In this document: positions 56,566-64,000 of the stretch, one piece after another
How positions within the stretch are numbered: the first letter of the stretch is position 1
Layout: the number at the start of each line of letters is the position of its first letter
Assembly (NCBI GenBank): GCA_035447925.1
Contig: DAOTHY010000001.1
Location: 201,004-265,003, forward strand
Reading direction: 5' to 3'
DNA: 64,000 nucleotides
Source of the DNA: Thermotogota bacterium
Lineage (GTDB): Bacteria > Thermotogota > Thermotogae > MWEM01
Translations under genes and position numbers: made by a program
Notes under the pieces: generated by a model
The model's database searches: none
Told to the model about the DNA's origin: nothing
Seen by the model: only the letters and a program-made list of their open reading frames with translations

Positions 56566-56994
56566 TTATTCTTCTTTTTCTTTGAGTTTTGCTTCTATTT
56601 TCTCAAGTTTCTCAAACATCTTGTTAAAATCTTCCTTTTTAACATAATCGTCTTCATTCATAACTTCATCTTTCGTTTCTTTGAATTTCTTCTGAAGATC
56701 TTCAGGAATATACTTTTCATAGTATTTTTTTGCTTCTTCTGTGCTAATTTTCCCACTTTGCTTAAGATCATCTAATAGCTCATTAAGTCGCTTTTTCATA
56801 TACATGGAAAAACCCAAACTGAGAGATAACGGACTCAACTGTTCTTTTAACTGCTCTCCCTCTTTTAAATCTTCGAACATTCTTTGTGCTTCTTCTTGAG
56901 AAATCTTCCCTTTGTTTAACAAATCTTCCGCTCTTTTTTTTATTTCTGAGACTGCGCCTACACCCATAAAGAAAACATCGTCAAATAGTGACAT
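56566..56994 (-). CDS. Phasin-like protein with internal duplication
   Basis: FMGVGAVS...GKISQEEA and GKISTEEA repeats; adjacent to a UbiB-family kinase. Confidence 0.65.
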   Translation of the reverse strand: MSLFDDVFFMGVGAVSEIKKRAEDLLNKGKISQEEAQRMFEDLKEGEQLKEQLSPLSLSLGFSMYMKKRLNELLDDLKQSGKISTEEAKKYYEKYIPEDLQKKFKETKDEVMNEDDYVKKEDFNKMFEKLEKIEAKLKEKEE

Positions 56995-56995
56995 T

Positions 56996-58573
56996 TCACT
57001 TCCTCCTTCCTTCAGTTAAAAATTCGTAAATGACAAAAAGACCCAAAATAAACACACCTGCATAGGCTAAAAATTGATTTTCGAAATTTTTGATACTAAT
57101 AAGCAAGGCTGCAATAATGATAGATATTGCTAAACTGTTTAAGCCGTTTTTTAACCCGTGAAGTATTCGCTCAATTCGTGTTGATTCTATGTCCAGTTTA
57201 ATTTTTCCCGTATCAAATACCTTTTGAATGTTTCTGAGTTTCCGAGGAGACATTAAAAAATTCCATAGAAATTCGTCTTCAAGTGCATCCATTCTCTCTG
57301 AATAAAGACTCAGCCATCTGGTTCGTAAATAATCTTCTGTAAAACGTATGGCGTTGAAGGAAGGATCCAATTTTCTTGCGATCCCTTCGATCATTAAAAT
57401 GACTTTTCCCATCAATAATAATTGTCCTGGAACTTGAATCTTATAAGCTCTAATCAGCTTAAAGGTTTCCATAATCATTTCCGACATACTGAATTCAGCA
57501 AGCGGTTTTCCATAATATTTAGAAAACATAAGTTTTACGTCTTCAGAAAAACTGTCAGAATCATTCATTGAAAAATGCTCTGTAATAATCAAAGTAAGAA
57601 ATTCGGCATCACGGCGGGTCAAGGCTAAAACCATCTCCAGCAAGAACCTTCTGGTATATTTGTCTACGACACTAACCTGGCCAAAATCAATGAAATATAA
57701 ACGGTTGTTTTTTGTTGCGATTAAATTACCCGGATGCGGATCATTATGCAAAAATCCAATCATAAAAACCTGTTGAAACATACAATCAGCACCTGATTCT
57801 ACCAAAGTGGATTTATTGATTTTAATGGGTATTTGGTCATTTTCCATATCTAACAATTCAGAAAATCTTATGCCGGGAATATAGTCCATAATCAAAACGG
57901 TTTCGGAGCATAAATCAAAATATGGCTTTGGTGCAAAAATCACATCGTTCATTCTAAACGACTGATTAAAGCGCTCAAGAGCTTGTGCTTCGCAATATAG
58001 ATTCATTTCTCTATTGATCGCCATACCAAATTCATTGATTAAATTCTGAAGATCAAAATCCTTAAATACCGGAAACCCTCTCACAAAATTGGCCAAGCTT
58101 TTTAAAACTTCAATATCAGCTTTAACCAATTCTTGTATACAGGGTCTTCTGACTTTGATCACAACTTCACTGCCATCCAGTAATAAGGCTCGGTGAACTT
58201 GTGCAATAGAAGCAGCAGCTAAAGGTTTTTCTTGAATGTACAAAATATGTTTTTCCCAATCTGGTAGTGACAATTGTAGTTGATTCATAAAGTCTGAATA
58301 TTCGATGGGAGGAACATCATCCTGAAGCTTTCTTAATTCAGCGATGATGTCCACAGGCAAAAGATCATACCGTGTTGACAACATCTGGCCCAACTTGATA
58401 AACGTTGTACCAAGTTCCTCTAAAGCATGACGAATCCGAATACCCCTATCAATCGGATGCTGTTTTAAAGTGATTTTTCTAAAAAGATAACTAAAACCGT
58501 ATTTTGAAAAGATCTCGATAATCTGAAAAAAACGCTTTCGGTTATTCTTTCGGGAGATATTCTCTTTTTCCAT
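56996..58573 (-). CDS. AarF/ABC1/UbiB family atypical kinase
   Basis: FIKLGQMLSTR, LQDDVPP, AAASIAQVH, VIKVRRP, HNDPHPGN, FIDFG. Confidence 0.93.
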   Translation of the reverse strand: MEKENISRKNNRKRFFQIIEIFSKYGFSYLFRKITLKQHPIDRGIRIRHALEELGTTFIKLGQMLSTRYDLLPVDIIAELRKLQDDVPPIEYSDFMNQLQLSLPDWEKHILYIQEKPLAAASIAQVHRALLLDGSEVVIKVRRPCIQELVKADIEVLKSLANFVRGFPVFKDFDLQNLINEFGMAINREMNLYCEAQALERFNQSFRMNDVIFAPKPYFDLCSETVLIMDYIPGIRFSELLDMENDQIPIKINKSTLVESGADCMFQQVFMIGFLHNDPHPGNLIATKNNRLYFIDFGQVSVVDKYTRRFLLEMVLALTRRDAEFLTLIITEHFSMNDSDSFSEDVKLMFSKYYGKPLAEFSMSEMIMETFKLIRAYKIQVPGQLLLMGKVILMIEGIARKLDPSFNAIRFTEDYLRTRWLSLYSERMDALEDEFLWNFLMSPRKLRNIQKVFDTGKIKLDIESTRIERILHGLKNGLNSLAISIIIAALLISIKNFENQFLAYAGVFILGLFVIYEFLTEGRRK

Positions 58574-58806
58574 AATTCCTCCTTACCTGAATAATTATAG
58601 CATATCTTCATAGAGAAACATTCTTATCCGCCATATTCCCATAAAAAGTAATAACTGAAAAATAAACCAAAATGGATATCTTTATAAGTCTAAATAAAAT
58701 ATGCCGAATATAAAAGAAATAATGATTATATCATCACTAATCATAAATATAGTCAGATAATCTCTGATACTTCTGAATATTTAGACTTTCATTCGTTTTT
58801 TTTTTC

Positions 58807-58828
58807 TGCTATAATGGAAACGTTTCCA
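58807..58828 (+). promoter_or_regulatory. Extended -10 promoter with abutting LacI-family operator
   Basis: TGCTATAAT (58807-58815) then perfect palindrome TGGAAAC|GTTTCCA (58815-58828). Confidence 0.85.
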
Positions 58829-58854
58829 CGACAAAACACAAGAGTGGTGTAACG

Positions 58855-59847
58855 ATGAAGAATAAACCCGTCACTATACGCGATGTTGCAAGAGAAGCTG
58901 GTGTTGGCGTTGGAACTGTTTCCAGAGTCTTAAATTCCGGTTCAGTGAAAGAAGACACACGAAAAAGAATACAGGAGACCATTAAAAAACTCGGTTATCA
59001 GCCTAATATGTTTGCGAGAACTCTTGCTGGAGGCAAATCAAGGCGTATATTAGCACTTATTCCGGAGGTTAAAACAGAATTTCATTGGCGTATTCTTGAA
59101 AGTTTCGACCACGAAATAGACAAGGAAGATTATCAGAGCATCATTTATCCTTTGATATCACAAAAGCGTTACGACGCCCTTATCAATAACCCCTCTTTTG
59201 CCCAGGAAGTAGAAGGCGTCGTGATTATGACGATAACGCCAAGTATTTTTAACGATGGAATAAGGATAAAAGTTCCTGTTGTTCTTATAGAAGAATACAA
59301 AGAAAATTACAGTTGTGTTTATCTGAATAACCTGAATGGCGGAAGGATTGCAGCTAACCATTTACTGGAACGAGATATTACCAAATACTATGCCATTTAT
59401 TCATCTGTATCAAATCCCTATATCAAGAACGAACACATGAGAGAAAGGGTTACCGGATTTAAAAATACTTTAAAAAGTAAAGGGGTTCCATTTGATGACG
59501 ATCAGATTATTTATGCCGACTACAGTATGGGACCCAGCAATGACTTAATTAAAAAGATGTTGACAGAAACAAAAAGACCCGGAATATTTGCAATGACAGA
59601 TAATTTTGCTTTGTTAGTGATGCAAGTAGCTTCAACGATAGGTTTGATGCCTGGAAAAGATTTCTTTTTAGTGGGATACGATAATCAGACATGGACAGAA
59701 AAGGCAGGATTAACAACAATCGAACAACCCATTGAAGAATTTGGTAAAGTCGGTGCGAGGCTGTTGTTGGAGAGAATCAAAAATCCCGAAACACCAATAA
59801 GGCAAGTAGAATTCCCGCCATTGCTGATCAAGAGAAATACTACATAA
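58855..59847 (+). CDS. LacI family transcriptional regulator
   Basis: TIRDVAREAGVGVGTVSRVLN, YQPNMFARTL, GYDN, LTTIEQP. Confidence 0.95.
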   Translation: MKNKPVTIRDVAREAGVGVGTVSRVLNSGSVKEDTRKRIQETIKKLGYQPNMFARTLAGGKSRRILALIPEVKTEFHWRILESFDHEIDKEDYQSIIYPLISQKRYDALINNPSFAQEVEGVVIMTITPSIFNDGIRIKVPVVLIEEYKENYSCVYLNNLNGGRIAANHLLERDITKYYAIYSSVSNPYIKNEHMRERVTGFKNTLKSKGVPFDDDQIIYADYSMGPSNDLIKKMLTETKRPGIFAMTDNFALLVMQVASTIGLMPGKDFFLVGYDNQTWTEKAGLTTIEQPIEEFGKVGARLLLERIKNPETPIRQVEFPPLLIKRNTT

Positions 59848-59860
59848 AAGGAGGTAGTTT

Positions 59861-60931
59861 ATGGGGAAGACTCCGAAGGGAAACATCCTGAAAAATGAAC
59901 AATCGTTGGCTTATAAGTTGCTGATCCCTACTTTAGTTGTATTAGCGATTGTGGCGATATATCCATTAGGCCAAGTTGTTGTTACAAGCTTTACAAACAG
60001 GGTGTTTGCAAGTAATCAAGAAACAAAGTTTGTTGGATTTGATAATTATGCCAGACTTCTCGGTGTAACCTTTAAGGTGCTGGAACCAAAAACAGATAAG
60101 AATTCCGGAGAAATAATCAAAGATGAAAAGACCGGTGCAATCGTGTATGAAAGTTCGATTTCGGTTTTACCGAGAACACCAAATCGATATAAAGAATTGT
60201 TTCAGTTCAACTGGTTTGGCAAACGGATTGTTGTCGGAGCAAGAGACAGAGAATTCCTTGTCGCCGTCGGAAACACCCTTGTTTTTACGGTTTTTTCTGT
60301 GTTATTAGAAACCATCATCGGCTTATTTCTAGCTCTGGTTGTCAACAGCAACTTTAAAGGTAAAGGCCTTATGCGTACCACTATGCTCATTCCATGGGCA
60401 GTTATTACGGTTGTCTCTGCAAGAATTTGGGAGTGGATGCTTCAACCTGGAACAGCAGGGTTTTTTAACATGATCATGTTCCGACTGGGGTTAAGTGACG
60501 GACAAGCTTCTTTCTTGACCAATTCTGCGCTTCAAATGCCTACAATGGTGGCGGTAGATGTGTGGAAAACAGCTCCATATATGGCTTTGTTGATACTTGC
60601 TGGATTGCAGATGATACCAAAAGAGTTGTATGAAGCATCAGAGGTTGATGGTGCCAGCAAGATCAGACAATTTTTCCAGATTACTTTACCCTTGTTAAAA
60701 CCCTCTTTGGCTGTCGCATTGATATTTAGAACATTAGATGCTCTGAGGGTTTTCGATGTCTTCCAGGTTTTGATGTCCAGCAAGATGTATTCGATGGCTT
60801 CCTACAATTATTTCCAATTGATTCAGAATAGGAACATGGGATTATCATCAGCAGTTGGAATGATCATATTTATCCTGATTGGTATATTCTCGATCATTTA
60901 TATCCGTTCTTTTGGAGTTGATCAATCATGA
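59861..60931 (+). CDS. Alpha-glycoside ABC transporter permease (MalF/ThuF-like)
   Basis: WKTAPYMAL, EASEVDGA, RTLDALRVFD. Confidence 0.92.
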   Translation: MGKTPKGNILKNEQSLAYKLLIPTLVVLAIVAIYPLGQVVVTSFTNRVFASNQETKFVGFDNYARLLGVTFKVLEPKTDKNSGEIIKDEKTGAIVYESSISVLPRTPNRYKELFQFNWFGKRIVVGARDREFLVAVGNTLVFTVFSVLLETIIGLFLALVVNSNFKGKGLMRTTMLIPWAVITVVSARIWEWMLQPGTAGFFNMIMFRLGLSDGQASFLTNSALQMPTMVAVDVWKTAPYMALLILAGLQMIPKELYEASEVDGASKIRQFFQITLPLLKPSLAVALIFRTLDALRVFDVFQVLMSSKMYSMASYNYFQLIQNRNMGLSSAVGMIIFILIGIFSIIYIRSFGVDQS

Positions 60932-61791
60932 AAAGAGCAACTAAAAAGAAAATTAAAAAAGTATTGTTCTGGTTTGTTGTTATTTTTGTGTTTGTCTATT
61001 TGATTTTCCCATTTTATTGGGCACTCAATTCCTCTTTCAAAACAGAAAACCAGCTCATGATGACGCCTGCTACATTTATTCCAAGAGATACACAAGGGAA
61101 TTTTGCCCCAACGTTTGACAATTATAAATCGGTTTTCACAAATCCTACTTTTCTGAGGGCTATCCTAAACAGTACGCTTGTTGGAGGTATTACCACACTT
61201 CTTTCCCTTATTATAGGATCCTTTTCGGCGTTTGCATTAGGAAAACTGAGGTTTAAGGGAAAAAGACTGTTTCTATATTTGGTTTTATCAATGACCATGT
61301 TTCCACAAGTAACCGTATTAGCGGGTTTGTATGCTGTGATCAACACGTTGAACATGTCTGCAACGTTAAGTATGATTCTATCTTATATGATATTTACTTT
61401 GCCTTTCACAACGTGGGTTTTGACGGCATTTTTTAAAGAACTTCCAGTAGAAATCATGCAATCGGCTCAAGTTGATGGCGCTACAGCTTTTCAGACCTTT
61501 TATCATATTTTAATGCCATTAACCGCACCGGCAATGGTTACCACAGGGCTTTTGGCTTTTATAGCCGCATGGAACGAGTACCTGTTTGCATTAACTTTTA
61601 CTAGTATTGAAACACAAGCCAGAACGATACCCGTTGCCATATCTCTGTTTACCGGTCAGATTGCTAGGCAGGAACCCTTTGGAGAGATCATGGCTGGAGC
61701 AGTAATTGTAACGATTCCGGTTGTCGTGTTGGTTTTGATTTTCCAGAAGAAAATTGTTGCAGGATTAACTGCTGGCGCAGTTAAAGGATAA
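60928..61791 (+). CDS. Alpha-glycoside ABC transporter permease (MalG/ThuG-like)
   Basis: QSAQVDGA, AWNEYLFA, GLTAGAVKG. Confidence 0.92.
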   Translation: MKRATKKKIKKVLFWFVVIFVFVYLIFPFYWALNSSFKTENQLMMTPATFIPRDTQGNFAPTFDNYKSVFTNPTFLRAILNSTLVGGITTLLSLIIGSFSAFALGKLRFKGKRLFLYLVLSMTMFPQVTVLAGLYAVINTLNMSATLSMILSYMIFTLPFTTWVLTAFFKELPVEIMQSAQVDGATAFQTFYHILMPLTAPAMVTTGLLAFIAAWNEYLFALTFTSIETQARTIPVAISLFTGQIARQEPFGEIMAGAVIVTIPVVVLVLIFQKKIVAGLTAGAVKG

Positions 61792-61830
61792 ACAAACGGG
61801 TAGAACCCGAAAATTCAAGGAGGTTGAATT

Positions 61831-63099
61831 ATGAAAAAAGTATTGTTGACGGTTTTATTGGTAGCGCTGTTATCAGTGGCTTTGTTTGCAGAGAAAACCA
61901 TAACAGTTGCAGCCGGAGCAGTTGGAATTGAATTAGAACTTGCCAGACAGGCAGCTGCGGAATTCGAAGCCTTATTCCCAGGAGTTAAAGTCAATGTTTT
62001 AGATACTCCCGACATGGTTCAGGACAGACTTGGACTCTATCTCCAGTTCTTTGAAGCAAAGAGTGATAAGGTAGACGTTTATCAAATTGATGTCATTTGG
62101 CCAGGAGATCTAGCACAGCATTTTGTCGATTTATACCAGTACGGTGCCTATGACTATGCTCCAAACCACTTTCCAGCAATAGTAGAAAACAACACAGTCG
62201 ATGGAAAACTCATTGGTATTCCATGGTTTACTGATGCAGGAGTTCTGTATTACAGAACCGATTTACTTGAAAAATACGGTTATGATCACCCACCTGCAAC
62301 TTGGGACGAACTTGAAGAAATGGCAGAAGTTGTCATGGCTGGCGAAAAGAAGAACAATCCTGATTTCTGGGGTTTTGTCTTCCAGGGAAATGCATATGAA
62401 GGTTTGACTTGTGATGCTCTTGAATGGATTGCTTCCAATGATGGTGGTTCCATTGTAAACAGAAATCAGGAAGTCACTATTGCCAATGAAAATGCTGTAG
62501 AGATTTTGGATAAAGTAGCCAGTTGGATTGGTACCATTAGTCCAGAAGGTGTTCTTGCTATGGATGAAGAAGGAGCCAGACAAGCATGGCAGGCCGGAAA
62601 TGCATTATTTATGAGAAACTGGCCCTACGCTTATGCTCTTGGAAATGCAGATGACAGTGCAATCAAAGGAAAATTCGATGTTTCAGTTCTTCCAGCTGGT
62701 AAAGGTGGCAGTGCAGCAACACTTGGCGGATGGCAGTTGGCAGTAAGTAAATACAGTAAAGATCCTGCGTTGGCAGCACAAGTTGCATTCTTCATGGCTA
62801 ATTACGATCATCAAAAGGCAAGAGCAATGCAATCTTATAACCCAACTATTAAAACACTGTACGAGGATCCAGAAGTACTGGAAGCCGTTCCATTCTTCGG
62901 TTCACTCTATGATGTGTTTATCAATGCTGTAGCAAGACCTTCCACAGCATCTGCTCCAAATTACAATGAAGTATCCACATTGTTCTTCAAAGCGGTTCAT
63001 AAAATAATCAGCGGAGATTCCAATGATACAATGGCTACCTTAGAAGAATTAGCATTGGATATTTCAGATGTAACTGGCTTTGAACCTGTTTTTGAATAA
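61831..63099 (+). CDS. Trehalose/maltose-type alpha-glycoside ABC substrate-binding protein
   Basis: IDVIWPG, PWFTDAG, YEGLTCD, FMRNWPYAY, TLGGWQL, resembling archaeal/Thermus trehalose-maltose binding proteins. Confidence 0.88.
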   Translation: MKKVLLTVLLVALLSVALFAEKTITVAAGAVGIELELARQAAAEFEALFPGVKVNVLDTPDMVQDRLGLYLQFFEAKSDKVDVYQIDVIWPGDLAQHFVDLYQYGAYDYAPNHFPAIVENNTVDGKLIGIPWFTDAGVLYYRTDLLEKYGYDHPPATWDELEEMAEVVMAGEKKNNPDFWGFVFQGNAYEGLTCDALEWIASNDGGSIVNRNQEVTIANENAVEILDKVASWIGTISPEGVLAMDEEGARQAWQAGNALFMRNWPYAYALGNADDSAIKGKFDVSVLPAGKGGSAATLGGWQLAVSKYSKDPALAAQVAFFMANYDHQKARAMQSYNPTIKTLYEDPEVLEAVPFFGSLYDVFINAVARPSTASAPNYNEVSTLFFKAVHKIISGDSNDTMATLEELALDISDVTGFEPVFE

Positions 63100-63111
63100 T
63101 ATTTCAAACGA

Positions 63112-63145
63112 TTCCCCCCCTTTTCATTGGGGGGGATTTTTTTTT
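63112..63145 (+). terminator. Intrinsic terminator between the SBP and alpha-glucosidase genes
   Basis: C7-TTTTCATT-G7 stem-loop followed by A and T9. Confidence 0.8.
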
Positions 63146-63160
63146 AAGGAGGCTTTTACT

Positions 63161-64000
63161 ATGCAAATTCCATGGTGGAAAGGTTCTGTCATCTATCAAA
63201 TTTACCCGAGGAGTTTTCAGGATTCGAATAATGATGGTATTGGAGATTTACAAGGGATTATAAGCAGACTGGATTATCTTCAATGGCTTGGAGTTGATGC
63301 CATCTGGCTTTCTCCGATTTTTAAATCCCCCATGAAAGATTTTGGATACGACATTAGTGATTACCGTGGTATTGATCCTATGTTTGGGAGTTTAGAAGAT
63401 TTTAGGAATCTGCTTCAAAAAGCACATGAAAGAAAGATTAAAGTGATCATTGATCAGGTATACAATCATACATCGGATCAGCATCCTTGGTTTTTAGAAT
63501 CTATGTCTTCAAAAGACAACCCTAAAGCGGACTGGTATATATGGGTTGATGGTAAAAAAGGAAAGCCGCCAAATAACTGGCTTTCATATTTTGGAGGATC
63601 TGCTTGGGAATGGTGCGAGCAAAGAGAACAATATTACTTACATCTTTTTGTCAAAGAACAACCCGATCTGAATTGGAGAAATCCCGACGTCGTTGAAGCC
63701 GTAATGGAATCCATTACATACTGGTTGGATATGGGTGTAGACGGATTCAGATTTGATGTCGTGAATATGTTTTATAAAGACATTTTCTTAAGAGATGATC
63801 CGCTGGTTGAAGGGCGAAATTCAAAAATCGATTTCGAAAATTATTACCGAGTCTTTGATAATGACAGACCGGAAACACTCTTGGCAGTTGAAAAGATAAA
63901 CGATCTTGTGAATCAGTACAAGGAAAGAGTGACCATTGGTGAGGTAGGGTCTCCAATGGGGTTACCAGCCTATTTTCTTTATACCATGCCCGGCAGGCTT
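63161..64000 (+). CDS. GH13 alpha-glucosidase/oligo-1,6-glucosidase, 3'-truncated by window edge
   Basis: AGGAGG SD; WWKGSVIYQIYPRSFQDS, GYDISDY, NHTSDQHPWF, DGFRFDV; not in the ORF track because it has no stop within the window. Confidence 0.93.
   Translation, partial: MQIPWWKGSVIYQIYPRSFQDSNNDGIGDLQGIISRLDYLQWLGVDAIWLSPIFKSPMKDFGYDISDYRGIDPMFGSLEDFRNLLQKAHERKIKVIIDQVYNHTSDQHPWFLESMSSKDNPKADWYIWVDGKKGKPPNNWLSYFGGSAWEWCEQREQYYLHLFVKEQPDLNWRNPDVVEAVMESITYWLDMGVDGFRFDVVNMFYKDIFLRDDPLVEGRNSKIDFENYYRVFDNDRPETLLAVEKINDLVNQYKERVTIGEVGSPMGLPAYFLYTMPGRL

Noticed and set aside
58722-58766. Inverted repeats ATGATTA-N9-TAATCAT and TCAGA-N5-TCTGA
   Set aside because: Short arms in very AT-rich DNA; could arise by chance and no regulator can be assigned
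1323-63956. Numerous 60-130 aa ORFs antisense or out of frame within long genes
   Set aside because: Fully overlap well-supported CDSs, lack SD sites and recognisable motifs; treated as shadow ORFs
1-64000. CRISPR arrays, IS elements or phage genes
   Set aside because: No regularly spaced repeats, transposase, integrase or phage structural motifs seen

Overview
AT-rich bacterial chromosomal segment, most consistent with a Thermotogota genome (inference from gene content and GGAGGTGA-type Shine-Dalgarno sites). It holds about 55 CDSs, two tRNAs (Leu-CAG, Gly-CCC) and the RNase P RNA; I saw no CRISPR array, IS element or prophage. Housekeeping content: tal, rho, corA, rpiA, hflKC, mtnA, glgP, zur-znuABC, pfkA-pyk, a heterodimeric ABC exporter and an alpha-glycoside ABC locus. 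Most notable: (1) an apparently complete transketolase-type sulfoglycolysis (sulfo-TK) cluster at 35770-49430, with a YihQ sulfoquinovosidase, a FucI/AraA-family isomerase, a split transketolase, an RpiB-family protein that has lost its phosphate-binding residues, an Fe-ADH, a DMT exporter, an MFS importer, a ROK regulator and a divergent sugar ABC importer; (2) a umuD-DUF72-umuC mutagenesis cassette preceded by a perfect 26-bp palindrome; (3) a minimised RNase P RNA lacking helix P18; (4) two genes that seem to need ATA start codons; (5) an orphan cheD-cheB-cheR triad; (6) an LCP gene paired with a degenerate LCP-like paralog. All assignments come from reading motifs by eye; no searches were run.
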